A DNA stretch of 64,000 bases from Pachysolen tannophilus NRRL Y-2460 (lineage: Eukaryota): the NCBI GenBank assembly GCA_001661245.1, contig KV454016.1, positions 227,868 through 291,867 of the forward strand, read 5' to 3'. Below the pieces are notes generated by a model. It saw nothing but the letters and a program-made list of their open reading frames with translations. It was not told the DNA's origin and did no database searches. Of the stretch, positions 1 through 12,236 are shown piece by piece (position 1 is the first letter of the stretch; each line of letters opens with the position of its first letter). A program made the translations under genes and the position numbers.

Positions 1-1
1 A

Positions 2-706
2 CATGGCTTAACACAATTATATAATGCTTTAATGATTAGCGATAAGCACAAGAAGCGCAAGGTTGAAACTCCAATTCCCCCTCAAATACCGCCTGCTGCT
101 GCGACTCCTTCTGCACTCATAGCGGAAGCTCAAGCCCAAAATAAACAACAACAACAACAACAACAACTACAACAACAACAGCAACAGCAGCAGCTGCAAT
201 TACAACAAGCTCATGGCCACCACCATCATCATAAAATGTCCCAATCTGGTTCACAACAACAACAACAACAACAACTATCGCAGCAACTGTCACCGCAACT
301 GTCACAACAACAGCAGAAGAGAAAATTTTCAGTCAGTTCGTTATTGCCTCCTGAAAAGCAACATAAGAAAAATTCAAATTCACAAATTGCAAATTTATTA
401 GCAAAAAAATTGACACCAGAAGAACAAATGTTATATGGCATAAGCTATCACTCAGAAAAATTGACTCCCGGTGTTTCATTAAGGTCAGCAAAGATTACTT
501 CGTTTAGGCCAGCTGTTCAAACAAGAATTAATAGTGTCTTGAATGAATTGGGTATTGCACCAAAACCAACAATACCAACTGCTAAGGTTTGTGAAAAGTT
601 TGAAATTTTATTACACACCATTAATTTATTATTAGATGCAAAGAGGCAAACTGATAAATTGGAAACAGAAATAAAAATAATTGCGTCACAAAGGCAAAAG
701 CAATAA
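2..706 (+). CDS. SWC4: SWR1/NuA4 subunit Swc4 (DMAP1 family), C-terminal part; 5' end lies outside the window
   Basis: The frame is open from base 2. The C-terminus (YGISYHSEKLTPGVSLRS...VLNELG...PTIPT.KVC.KF...DKLETEI) resembles Swc4/Eaf2 and follows polyQ/His tracts. Confidence 0.8.
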   Translation, partial: HGLTQLYNALMISDKHKKRKVETPIPPQIPPAAATPSALIAEAQAQNKQQQQQQQLQQQQQQQQLQLQQAHGHHHHHKMSQSGSQQQQQQQLSQQLSPQLSQQQQKRKFSVSSLLPPEKQHKKNSNSQIANLLAKKLTPEEQMLYGISYHSEKLTPGVSLRSAKITSFRPAVQTRINSVLNELGIAPKPTIPTAKVCEKFEILLHTINLLLDAKRQTDKLETEIKIIASQRQKQ

Positions 707-1009
707 TTTTTTAAAGAAACATATTTATATATGTATAATTGTATAATAATGAAGTTTTAAGTGGATGATTTCTATTGTATTTTCAAGTTTGATTTGTAAA
801 AATAAAATTAATATATGCATTTATATAGACAAAGAAGTAAAGTAAAAACTGGAAATTAAAAACAAAAAGTTACAATGTCAGTTTTAAAGTGTTGAATAAA
901 TAACAAAAGCAGCTGCAACTACAGCTTATGGAAGTAAAGTTTAGTTAAATATAAGGCAACTAAAACCAAAAATTAATAAAAAAAAAAAAAAATGCAAAAA
1001 AAAGTCTGT

Positions 1010-3452
1010 TTAATTAATAATCAAATCAGTATTGTCTTTATTACTTTCAATGCTAAGTCCATTCTCATTTGCTAAATGTAACAAACAAATAAAACAAAAA
1101 CTCGTTGATAAATCTGAGCGTTCTTCTTTTGAATATTTCCCACTTAGTTCGTGAACAACCTCTGTAAATCTCAACGGGCTTTTTGAATCTGGATTAATAT
1201 TCAGCTTCTCAACACCGTATTTCAAATGATCATTTTCATCTCCAGTAACCGAAGTCAGTGAATGGTCAGGAGTTACGAAAGAACTACTGCCACCAAGTTC
1301 ACCATTATCTGTATTTATTTTTAATTTTTTTATTTTGTTAAAAGCATCCCATAAATTTTCTTTCAATAACTTGACGTCAACTCTTTTAGCAATTCTTGCA
1401 AAATTTATCGTATTTGGTCGGAACTTTGTTTGTGAAGTTATCAATTGAGAACCATAACCTAGATTGAGATTTATATTGTTTTCTGCAACGTTAAAATTGT
1501 CATTATCAGGTGCTGCATTGATGTCAAAATCGGGCCCTCCTGAATTTACAAGTCCAATGCTATTACTATAATGATCATCAAATGATTGGTGAATCTCTTG
1601 AATATCTTGTTGAATAATATCGTTTATTCTGCTATGTCTTGATATTGAGTTATTGGGGAGTTGTTTATCTCTTTGTTCATACTTATCAGCATAATAATTT
1701 TTATCTATTGGTTGATTTTCATCATCATCATCATTATCTCCATAGCCGTCATTATTGAAATTTTCTCCGTAACTCCTTTGTTGTAAAACTTTTTTCTTAG
1801 TTTTAAATAGTGATGTGTTTATTAATCGAGAAGGTTTTAAAGAAAGATAGATAAAGTTTTTGGTTGTAAAATTTTGATCATCAGGTAATAAATGGTTAGT
1901 TTCTGATATCCACTGGGTCCTAGGTAATAACGTATTTTCATCCTGTTTAAATAAATTTTTCTCATTAGTGACATTGTTTGACAAGAAGTCGATCTTGAAC
2001 AGTTTCTCTTTAAGTTTTTTCCTTATAACAGGTTTCAAGATATCATTTGCTTTATTGCTTCCATTAATCTCATTATTAGTTCTTTCAGGATCATCTTCAC
2101 TTGTAATTTTATTAGCATTTTGAAATTTTTTTAAATTAGTAACTTTCCAATGTGTAGCTCCAGTCCAATTTTTACCAGCAAGATTATCAAAATAGGCTAA
2201 GACATCAAGGTCATTTTGATTAGGTTCATCTATCTCAACAGTTTTTTCAACAAAATTTTCGTCAAATAATCTAACCAAAGTTAAATTTGATCCTTCATAC
2301 GAGTCTTCTTCATTTTCATCATTGAAAAATAAGGAATAATGTGATTTGTTTTTGAAAGAGTTGGATTTGTTTAATTCATTCTCACTGATATTCCCATTGA
2401 GATTCTCATTGAGATTCTCGTTATCAAAACCATCTTCACCAAAACCATTATCGAATTCAAATGGCAGGGAAAAATCTTGAACAGGTAAATCTTCATCATT
2501 TTTATTTAATTGTTCAAGAATTGTAGCAGGATTTGAACCTTCGAACACAATTGTTCTCAATTCTGACATAACAGAGCAAATTTTAAAATTTTGTGAATCT
2601 GATGTATTAAAATTTGGTAAATATTGTCTCAAATTATTCAAATTAATATATTCGTATTGAAAATTTTTTCCATTATCATTATTACTATCATTATTGTCTT
2701 CATCTGAATTTATAATTGTCGAAGAAGAGGAACTGGAAGTTGATTCAGAGGTATCAAACATGATCCTCCCAGTTTTATCAATATTTAACATATTTAAAAA
2801 AAGACTTTTTGCTCCACCTTCATCAAAATCCGTCAATGCTTTTTTAAATAATGGATCAACAATTAATTCATTTTCTAATTTTTTCAACTTTATTGCTTTA
2901 AATGATTTCACCAAACTTGATTCTTTGCGTTGTTTAATTTTCAGTTTATTACTGACTTGCATCAGTGTTGAGTCCAGATCAATATTATTATTATCTTCTT
3001 GTTCTCCATCAGAATCTAAATTTTCTGTATTCAGATTAATTCTACTTGTTGCCAATCCACTTAATAATTTCCCAGTCTCTGTGGCAGCTGAGTCAATTCT
3101 TGATGTATATATCTTTACACAACCATCTAAGGTGGCAGAAGCTTTTTGAAAATTTATCCCATCACCATCTCTAAGTACTGTTAATTCATGGAAATAGTCT
3201 ATTAATGCAAAATCCCAACTATTTGCTGAATTTATTTTCTTAAAAAAAAAAATGGAAAAAGGAAGAAATTTATGTTAGTAATTGTCAAAAGAAAATAACA
3301 AAAAAAAAACAACAACCACAACAACAACAACAAAGAAATTATCATTTATTGTCTATTAATATCCTTACATTATCAGTTGCCAATCTGATCCAACGATCGA
3401 ATTCACCACGAGAAGCCGTGCTAATAGGAGTGTTGGAAATCTCCAGGATCAT
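1010..3452 (-). CDS. BRN1: Condensin kleisin subunit Brn1; exons 3452-3369 and 3238-1010
   Basis: Splicing joins FDRWIRLATDN|KINSANSWDFALIDYF, followed by NFQKASATLDGCVKIYTSRIDS, DPLFKKALTDFDEGGAKSL and C-terminal STSFCFICLLHLANE. Intron 3368-3239 has a GTAAGG donor, TACTAAC branch (3280-3274) and AAG acceptor. Confidence 0.92.
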
Positions 3453-3649
3453 TTTAACCAACTATAAAGTATAAGCTGCAAGGCTCCGCACACCTCTTCT
3501 TCAGCTTACAACTTTATATATGCAAATATATATATATAAAAAAAAAGAAACACTGCTGAATCTTCAAATTAATAAAAAGATGTTAACTAGATCTGGATCT
3601 AAATAGCATTCAATATATATTAGGCGATTTTTTATTATAGAGATTATAA

Positions 3650-3650
<1 letters not shown>

Positions 3651-3698
<48 letters not shown>
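3651..3698. repeat. Long poly(dA:dT) tract upstream of BRN1
   Basis: An uninterrupted A run of about 48 nt; its true length is uncertain because homopolymers assemble poorly. Confidence 0.8.
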
Positions 3699-3699
<1 letters not shown>

Positions 3700-3986
3700 A
3701 ATTAATCAGTTTTACTTTCTCTTTTGAGACAAGTTTTAAAAAAAATGTAAACAAAAGAGACGATGAGATTTTTTTTCATTTTCATTTTTTTAAAAAAATT
3801 TGAGGTTTGGATAGTTTCGTGATGAATCGGGAAAACATTAAAAAGCAATTTATAATAAAAACAAAAAATATATAACAACAATATAAAACACTACAATTGA
3901 TTTTAATAATCAATCAATAAGGAACAAATAAAAAATGAATTAACTTTTGTAAGAAATGATGAAAAGATTAATTTTTTTATTTTATT

Positions 3987-4574
3987 TTATTGTTTTTTAG
4001 TTCTGAATTCAGAAATTAATTTTACCGATCTTGTGTCCATTTTCCTTTTTAAATCTTTTCTAAATCCTAAAAAAAATACAATCTCAAAACAGACAAAGAA
4101 TGGTGCTAGAACCAAAGCCTGGAGTAAATTATCTAATAATGCTGGTGCTCTATGTTCAAAAAATCCGTGTCCAATAAACTGGGCCAACCATGACATTACA
4201 AAAACCAGTGATGAATATTGAACAACTGTTGATGCAGGATATAATTGATATAATTCTATTATTTTAAAACTTATTGATAAAAATACTGGTAAAAAGATAA
4301 ACCCAATTAATTGATCCAATAAGATATAAAAAATAGAAAATGATGAAATTAATAAAAATCCTAAATTAAAACAATATTGTTTTAAAAATAAAATAGCGCT
4401 TTCATTAATAAAATTAGGAATTATAATAAATTCCCCAAATTGAACAGATGATAAAATCCCAACTGTTGAAAATAAAATTAATGGAATACAAATTAAATGA
4501 ATAGCTAAATTAACCTTATCATAATGATAGGCTCTATAAAAAACTAATTGATCTTCTAAATTCAATACTCCCAT
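3987..4574 (-). CDS. MPO1: Mpo1-like (DUF962) 2-hydroxy fatty acid dioxygenase
   Basis: Motifs LEDQLVFYRAYH..VN..IHLICIP and WLAQFIGHGFFEHRAPALLDNLLQALVLAPFFV. The first ATG is at 4574; the ORF-track start is a TTG. Confidence 0.9.
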   Translation of the reverse strand: MGVLNLEDQLVFYRAYHYDKVNLAIHLICIPLILFSTVGILSSVQFGEFIIIPNFINESAILFLKQYCFNLGFLLISSFSIFYILLDQLIGFIFLPVFLSISFKIIELYQLYPASTVVQYSSLVFVMSWLAQFIGHGFFEHRAPALLDNLLQALVLAPFFVCFEIVFFLGFRKDLKRKMDTRSVKLISEFRTKKQ

Positions 4575-4793
4575 ATTCTTTATTATTGTTTCAAGCCCGG
4601 TAAACTCAATCAAGACAATAATTGCTTTAAATAAGAATAAAAAATAGAGATAAAAGAAAAAAGAAAAAAAAAAAGAAAAAAAAAACTCTATATATACTTA
4701 TTTATTTATTTATTTGTTTGTTTGTTTGTTCTTAATTATTGCTATTAATTACATTAGTTTAATTGAAGTTATTAATGAAAAGGGGGAACAAGA

Positions 4794-4885
4794 CGGAAGG
4801 CAAAAAGCAAAAAGCGGGAAACGGAAAGCGGGAAACGGAAAGCTGGAAGCGGGAAGGCAAAAAGCGGGAAGGCAAAAAGCGGAAA
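4794..4885. repeat. Tandem GCGGGAA/CGGAAA array in the divergent MPO1-IME4 intergenic region
   Basis: GCGGGAA at 4814, 4828, 4849 and 4864, GCGGAAA at 4879, interleaved with CGGAA units. Confidence 0.8.
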
Positions 4886-5502
4886 ATATTAAAGTTTAAA
4901 GGGGGAAATTGACTAAATCCGAACGACTTTAAATTCTTCTCTTTGTTCTTATCTCTTGTGTGTGTTTATAGCTTTTAAATTAAAAAAAAAAAAAGGGATT
5001 AAAAAAGGAGGATTATCTTTTTGATCTACAAGTAATTGGTTATTGATTAAAAGATGTAGTGAATAATATAAGTTTAAATCTCCTTGTAATTCTTTATATT
5101 GTTTAATAATAGTGAATTGGGCTATATTTACAATAAATAATGGAACTAACTAAATTAGATTTTTATAAATTTTAAAAATCTTTGCAGTAGATTAACATAG
5201 TAAAGGATCTTAAATCTTGTTAAATAGCCTTGTTTAATTTTACTTAATTTATACAAGACTAGTGTAGTCTAATTCTTAAAAAGTGAAAATAAAGAAAAAA
5301 GCAAAAAAGCAAAAAAGCAAAAAAAAAAAAGAAAGTAATCCTTTTACTTTAAAAAAAAATAAATAGTTGATTTGATAGATCGATGATATAAATACAGAAA
5401 GAGGGATCGATAAATAAAATAAAAAAAAAAAACTTGTTAAATCAACTTTTTAAATTTTAACAAAAAAAAAAATTGAATTGTAATATAGTCTTTTTATGTT
5501 TA

Positions 5503-7545
5503 ATGATGAAGACTGAAATACCACCAATTTTAAAATTTTTAATCGATTGGTCTTATTTGTTAATTCAACTGCCGATTAATGGTTCATTAATTGATATTTT
5601 TAATATTTTTAAAAAACAAAATTATTATCAACAAACTAATGAAATAGATTTTGATCAATTTGTTTTAAATTTAATTAAAATTAATGATTCATCTGCATCT
5701 TTAGAATTTAATGAAACTATTTGCAAATCAGGAGAAACAATTAAAAATAAATATTTTTTAAAATTAGTTTGGTTAAATAGACTTTCATTAACAATTTTAT
5801 CAAATCAATTGATTTATCCTGATCTGTATTATAATTCATTATTAAAATCGGATAATGATTTTCAACCATTTGAACCAAATTCAACACCTTTGGATATTTT
5901 AAATAATCTTTTAAATAAACCAGTAGAAATTAATCCACAAAACGAATATGATATACATACAATGACAACAAAACAATCACAATTAAGACAATTAAATAAT
6001 TTACTTTCTAAAAAAACTTCAAGATTAATTTTATCAAGAGAAAAAATTAAATTAATAACAGAAATTAAACCTTTTTATGAGACTTGTAATGAATCATCAC
6101 ATATAAATTTGATATCATCTTTTTCAACTCTTAATAATAATGAAGTACAAATTAATGAAATAATGCTCAAAAATTTTATTATTAATAATGAAAAATTAGG
6201 TAATGAATTATTAAATTGTCTTGAAAATAAAATTCATTTTATTCAAATGATTCAATCACAAACTGATCCAAGATTAGGTGATTGTTCATATTTGGATACT
6301 TGTCATAAAATGACAACTTGCAGATATTTGCATTATACTAGATTATTACCAAGAAATTATCTAGCAAATATAACTGATAATAAGATTTTGCAACATAATA
6401 ATCAAATTGAAAAAAATAGAAAAATTAGTGAATATACTTGGGGTGAATCCGTAAGCGGATGTGATAAAGAAGTAAGTAAATATTGGATTTGAAAAAAAAA
6501 AAAAACAATTCTTCTTTCACATTTTTACGGAAAACTAACCTATAAAATTCACTTAAATTATAGTTATTACCTCCTCAATGGATTCAATGTGATGTTAGAA
6601 AATTGAATTTTGAAATTCTTGGTAAATTTGCAGCAGTAATCGCTGATCCAGCTTGGAATATTCATATGAATGTAGGTATGAGTATAAATTTTCAGCAAAG
6701 ATTTTCTTTTTCTTTTTCCTTTTTTTCATCATACTAACATCTTTAGTTACCTTATGGAACATGTAATGATTCTGAATTATTATCATTACCAATTTCTCAA
6801 TTACAAGATGAAGGTATCTTGTTATTATGGGTGACTGGTAGATCAATTGAACTAGGCCGTGAATTTTTCATTAAATGGGGTTATGAAATCCTTGATGAAA
6901 TAGTTTGGATAAAAACAAATCAACTAGTTAGAACAATTTGTACTGGAAGAACTGGACATTGGTTAAACCATTCTAAAGAACATTTATTAGTTGGGTATGT
7001 TAGAAAACACACACAAAAAACAACTTTCTCATTTTTTCATTATTACTAACATTTCAAATAACAGCATCAAGGGAAATCCAAAATGGTTGAACAACGGTTT
7101 AGATGTTGATATCATTGTTTCATCAACAAGAGAAACAAGTAGGAAACCTGATGAAGTGAGTATAATATAATTTATCTGTAACAAAAAAAAAAAAAAATCT
7201 TTTTTGTTAACTCATACTGACTTTAGCTTCAAAAAAAAAAATTAAAAATAAATTTAAAAAATAGGTTTATGGTATGGTTGAAAGATTGGTTGGCCAGAAA
7301 AGTAGGAAGTTGGAAATCTTTGGCAGAGACCATAATACAAGACCCGGATGGTTTAGTAAGTATTAAAATAACAATTTTTTTTCCCTCTTTTTGTGAAAGC
7401 AAAATCAGCTAGCCATCAACTAACATCTTGTATCTATTTATTAGCTATTGGAAATCAATTAAATGGTGATCATATAATAGAAAAAGAAGTTGCTAATAAA
7501 TATAGAGAGTCTAAAAAAAATAATAGCTCAGGCATTGCTCTATAG
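5503..7545 (+). CDS. IME4: mRNA m6A methyltransferase Ime4 (METTL3/MT-A70); exons 5503-6471, 6564-6671, 6747-6994, 7065-7155, 7265-7355, 7445-7545
   Basis: CCCH finger [20 protein letters not shown]. Spliced exons read [13 protein letters not shown]...[15 protein letters not shown]...[23 protein letters not shown]...[12 protein letters not shown]...[21 protein letters not shown]. All five introns are GT-AG with branch-like motifs and preserve frame. Confidence 0.93.
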
Positions 7546-7659
7546 TGTGTTAAAAAATTTAAGGTAATACCAAGCGGCGGTAACTCCTGGCGGCTTGATG
7601 AGTTGGCTAGGCGGGATTTCCCCTTTCCTTAGAGTCTAAAAGACGGTGAAACCAGCCCG

Positions 7660-7700
7660 CACACCACATACACACATACACACACACACACACACACACA
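7660..7700. repeat. Imperfect (CA)n microsatellite
   Basis: CA dinucleotide run between IME4 and COX13. Confidence 0.85.
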
Positions 7701-7946
7701 AAGAGATAAGGCTAGAGCAAAACAGTAGTGTATACAATTGCAAAAACCATTTTCAACCAATTAAAAAGTTGGATTTCTAAATAGAAAAAAAAAAAAACTT
7801 ACCACACCAAAAAAAACGTTAACAAACCTGGTCTTTGAGAGAGTTTTTATATATTGTTATAACATCTTTTTAATTTATAAATATATATATATATATATAT
7901 ATAATATACATATAGATAGAAAACTATATTTATTTAAAGTTTGAAA

Positions 7947-8330
7947 ATGTTTGCTGTTAAGAGACAATTTATGCAAACTGCTGGTCGTCGTTTTGCTTCG
8001 ACAAAATCTCCATTTAAACCTGCTGATCCAAAAGCAGCAGCTGAATTTAAAAAACATATTGATGCTGTTCACAAGCACGCTGGTGAAACTGCTGCTTTAT
8101 GGAAGAAGATTTCTTATTTTGTAGCTATACCAGCAATTGGTCTTGCTACTGTTAATACTTACTTCATCGAAGCTGAACATGCTAAACATAGAGCTCATAA
8201 GGCTAAATTATCCGATGAAGAATGGCCAAAAGATTACGAATATATGAATGTTAGAAAGACAAAATTCTTCTGGGGTGATGGTGATAAGACATTATTCTGG
8301 AATCCTGACTGTAACAGACATGTTAAATAA
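7947..8330 (+). CDS. COX13: Cytochrome c oxidase subunit VIa
   Basis: Motifs LWKKISYFVAIPAI, EAEHAKHRAH and YEYMNVRKTKFFWGDGDKTLFWNP; basic N-terminal presequence; ATG at 7947. Confidence 0.95.
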   Translation: MFAVKRQFMQTAGRRFASTKSPFKPADPKAAAEFKKHIDAVHKHAGETAALWKKISYFVAIPAIGLATVNTYFIEAEHAKHRAHKAKLSDEEWPKDYEYMNVRKTKFFWGDGDKTLFWNPDCNRHVK

Positions 8331-9230
8331 ATGATTTGAAGATTTAATGAATTTAATCATAGAAGCATATATGTTATTTTCATTTTTTTTTTCATTTTAT
8401 TTTATTTTAATATTAATTTTTTTTTTTAACAAGATTGTTTAATTATATAAAAAAACACAGAAAAGGACCATTACTGGGTTGAAATAGGAATTGAAAGATT
8501 GAAATATGTTTTCATTAAAAAATTTTCTTATTTTAATGAGAGTATTTTGAAAATTGATATTTAAAATCAATAAATTATATTATTTATTTTTCATTAATAA
8601 AGAATGAATAAAAATTGGTAAATACCTGTAGACTTTCTTTCTTCAAACTACAATAACTTTCAATACTAGTAGAGTAATAAATGATGATTGATTTACTTGA
8701 AACAAACGCAGAAATAGTAAACAAAATGATAACAATAAAAAAAAAATAAAAAAAGAAAAAACACAGAAAAGATTGCAATTTCAAAAAAGAAGAAAAATAA
8801 AGGGAAAACAAGACAAGCATAATGACAAACAGCTTTGAACAACAGTAAAACCAATCCTCAAAATCAACTTGAATGATTTATAAAAGAAAACAAAGATCAA
8901 AAGAAAAAGGCGAAAAAAAAAGAAGAATATATAAAAAATTCGTTGCACATCAAATGATGAAATAAAGTTGGGCTTGAAGTGAAAAAAAAAGAAAAAAGAA
9001 AAAAAAAAAAAAATTTACAAAAATTTTAAAAATTAAAAATTAATTAAGACAATAATAAAATAATAAAAAAAAAAAAAAAACCCAAACAGAAATGTTATTT
9101 CAGAGAAAGCTGAGTCTTCTCTTAGGCGTTTTGTTTTTGTATTATCATCATCTTTCCATCATTGAACCTATTTTTTTTTTTTATTTTTTTTATAGCTTTT
9201 CTTTATTTCATGGCTGTATTTTGATAATTT

Positions 9231-10703
9231 TCATTTCCACACTGTTGAAAAAATGTAAAGATTATTTGTTGCTGCAATTGCGACACTATTTTCATTTGGA
9301 TGCCAACTGAGATGCAATATACTTTTTTTAAAATCTATGGTTTCAAAATCCATTTCTTTACGCATCATACTTAATCCACCATTTGGATTGACAGTCAAAT
9401 TATTATTTCTATTTTTCTTACTAGAACCGCTGTTACTATTACTTTGTTGTTTATTTTTATTTGATTTAAAAGCACTTTTATCTGCTTGTAATATAATTTC
9501 ATTATTCATCGAATCAATATTTGGATCAATAGCATTTGGATAAATCATAAAATTGTTATTATAAGAACCTGTCATTATTGATTTACTATCTCCAGAAAAT
9601 TGTACTTCAAATTTATCAAATATTGCATCATTTTCATAAGTATCACATAACCTATCTCTTAAATTTTCATGAATATTTATAGTTTTAATTGGTTCTCTTT
9701 CCATTGCAACATCCCAAATTTTCACTGTCATATAATCTCTAGAAACAATATATTTACCATTTGATGAAAATTCAACATCACTTATTGAAGAAGTAATTTC
9801 AGTGAAAAAATTATGATTTGAAGGATCCATATATTCTTCAAAAACTTTTGCATGTTGATCACATAAAGAATTTTCTCTCATATCTGATAATTTAATTGTT
9901 CCTTTTGAAGAAGAATACATAAATAAATTACAATCAATTGGATGAAATTCTGCACTTGTAATAACTTCTGTTAATTCTTCCATATTTGCAGGTTTTATAT
10001 CCACAATATTAAAAGATTGATCTGCAATACCTAAATTCCATAAATTTATTCTTAAATCATCAGATGAAATAAATGTTTCATCATCTGAATTAACACTTAT
10101 TGAATTGATATGATAAGCATGTGCATTGGCAAATATTCTTTTTGGTTGCAGAGCTATAATGGTATCATGTAATGTTAATCGTGGTAAATGTAAATTATTA
10201 ATTGAAAGTAAAGATTTTGCTGCATTTGCTGATGAAGAAGATGAAGAATTATTATTTCCAAATCCAAAATTACTATTAAATGTATTATTTGCAGCAGATG
10301 TTATATTTGAATCAGTTAAATTCAATTCACTAACCATCTTAATTTGTTTTTCAAAAACTTTCCATAACTTAATTGTCTTATCATTGGTAGATAATAAATA
10401 ATTTGAATAATTTGATCTTTTTAACCATTTAATTTTATTTATTTTTTCTTCAATTTCTAAAGATTTTAAATAATCAAATTCAGCATCATGACTTTGAAAT
10501 TCAGTATAAAATCTATATTCACAATTTTTTTTATTTTCATTTCTTTCAAATAATACTACTCTTCCACCTCTATCACCCGTTGCTAAAAAATCTCCTGTAT
10601 GATCAAATCCAACAGTTGAAATTATATCTGCTTCAGTTATATTCTCAATATCACCTTTGTCCCCAAAGCATTGGGAAAATTTCCAATTTTCAACATCTAC
10701 CAT
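9231..10703 (-). CDS. CDC55: PP2A B55 regulatory subunit
   Basis: Motifs [44 protein letters not shown] and [11 protein letters not shown]. Confidence 0.97.
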   Translation of the reverse strand: MVDVENWKFSQCFGDKGDIENITEADIISTVGFDHTGDFLATGDRGGRVVLFERNENKKNCEYRFYTEFQSHDAEFDYLKSLEIEEKINKIKWLKRSNYSNYLLSTNDKTIKLWKVFEKQIKMVSELNLTDSNITSAANNTFNSNFGFGNNNSSSSSSANAAKSLLSINNLHLPRLTLHDTIIALQPKRIFANAHAYHINSISVNSDDETFISSDDLRINLWNLGIADQSFNIVDIKPANMEELTEVITSAEFHPIDCNLFMYSSSKGTIKLSDMRENSLCDQHAKVFEEYMDPSNHNFFTEITSSISDVEFSSNGKYIVSRDYMTVKIWDVAMEREPIKTINIHENLRDRLCDTYENDAIFDKFEVQFSGDSKSIMTGSYNNNFMIYPNAIDPNIDSMNNEIILQADKSAFKSNKNKQQSNSNSGSSKKNRNNNLTVNPNGGLSMMRKEMDFETIDFKKSILHLSWHPNENSVAIAATNNLYIFSTVWK

Positions 10704-11283
10704 TATATATAAACCAACAATATACCAATACTATTTTAAAACCTCCTAATATATATATACATATACATATATATATATATATATTTTTTTTTCAAAAAAT
10801 CAATCTGTATAAATTATGCTTTCTCTTTCTAATCTAGTAATCTAATTAATATTAGAAAATAAAAAAAGTCTAAAATATAATATAATATATATATAATATA
10901 TATATATCATATATATATATATATTTTCTTTTTTCAATAAATTGATCTAAAATAATCAAACTTAATGATCGAATTTATCCTTATTATTGATTAATTGATT
11001 TAATTGATTAAAATAATAATTAAATAATGTAAATATTTAATTAAGATTATATCTAAGTTGTTTAGTTGTTTAGTTGTAAATCTCTGCTGGTTAATACTTT
11101 TCTCTCTCTTTTTTTTTTTTTTTTTTTCTTCTTCTTTCTTTCTTTTTTTGGTTTAATTCTCATCGCTCGCTCGCTCGTTCTCTCGCTCGTTGGGGGAAGC
11201 AAAGAAAAAAAAAGCAAAAAAAGTAAAAAAAGTAAAAAAAAATTGTGCAGGGTTCTTTGGGGTAAAAGAAAAATTAAAAAAAT

Positions 11284-11362
11284 GGCGGTAAATTGGCGGT
11301 AAATTGGCGGTAAAATTGCGGTAAAAAGGCAGTAAAGTTAGGGGGTAAAGTTAGGTGGTGAA
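11284..11362. repeat. GGCGGTAAA tandem array (about 11-bp period) upstream of CDC55
   Basis: Exact units at 11284, 11295 and 11306; degenerate units at 11318, 11328, 11341 and 11354. Confidence 0.85.
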
Positions 11363-11605
11363 CCTTGCCTTAGCAGGGTGGACAAAAACTATTGAAATTT
11401 ATTTATTTTATAACTACAGTTATAGTTAGTGGACTTGTGAGTATATTATATGATATATATATATATATATATATATATTATTTTATTTTGAAAAAGACAT
11501 TTTAAATAGAGATTTATCCAAATATATAAATTTAATCAATTTTTGCTTTTTATTGAAACAAAAAAAAAAAAAGAAAATAAAAGAAATAGATAAAATTCCA
11601 TTTAA

Positions 11606-11962
11606 TTAAGCCTTGGCAGCAGCAGCACCTGGAGTGATTCTTTTTTCCTTGTTGAATCTTTGTCTTTGTGGTGGAGCTCTAACTCTTCTGTCACCTCTTG
11701 ATCTAACTCTAACAATTCTTGAATGAACAGCACAAGAAACACAGTAGTGTAATTTGTTGTATAATTTTGGTAAAGCATATTCTTCATAAACTGAAGCTTC
11801 AGATAAATCTCTTACTGCAGCTGCTTCAACCATGTTTCTGATGGTGACACGCTTGATGGCCTTATCTTTTGGAACACAAGCAGCACAGTTGATACATCTA
11901 ACTGGCTTGACGTGACCTCTACCTTTCTTGTTTCTACCGTTGGAAGCTCTCTTTTTTGGCAT
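11606..11962 (-). CDS. RPS26: 40S ribosomal protein eS26
   Basis: [18 protein letters not shown]...[27 protein letters not shown]. Confidence 0.98.
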   Translation of the reverse strand: MPKKRASNGRNKKGRGHVKPVRCINCAACVPKDKAIKRVTIRNMVEAAAVRDLSEASVYEEYALPKLYNKLHYCVSCAVHSRIVRVRSRGDRRVRAPPQRQRFNKEKRITPGAAAAKA

Positions 11963-11967
11963 ATTGA

Positions 11968-12236
11968 CTAAAAAAAAATATATATATATATATAGTTGTT
12001 AGTAATTCAAACTCCATCAATCATTAAAATAAAAAATTTCTATTTATTCAAATCAATCTTGGTCAACCTATACTGAGTAATAATATTTTTTTTTCCATAA
12101 TACTGAATAAAAATAAAATAAAAATTCATCACTTTTGATTCTTTTCTATCCAGTACAGAAATCACATGAAACACAAAGGCTAAACCACTAGATCTTCAAT
12201 TTTGAATCTTTAATATCTGATTATATCTCAACATAC
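11968..12236 (-). other. 5'-UTR intron of RPS26
   Basis: GTATGT donor (12236-12231), TACTAAC (12004-11998) and TAG acceptor 5 nt before the ATG. S. cerevisiae RPS26A/B also have 5'-UTR introns. Confidence 0.85.

Noticed and set aside
117..441. Antisense and alternative-frame ORFs over CAA/CAG repeats (also 55100-56181, 61091-61981, 63062-63825, 2694-3149)
   Set aside because: Shadow frames of low-complexity coding sequence in real genes, with no family motifs.
7546..7946. a1-alpha2 site controlling an IME4 antisense RNA, as for RME2 in S. cerevisiae
   Set aside because: No recognisable a1-alpha2 consensus; only GC-rich GGCGG elements, more likely part of the COX13 promoter.
12126..12132. 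Box C-like GTGATGA in the RPS26 intron (possible intronic snoRNA)
   Set aside because: No downstream CTGA box D on that strand within the intron.
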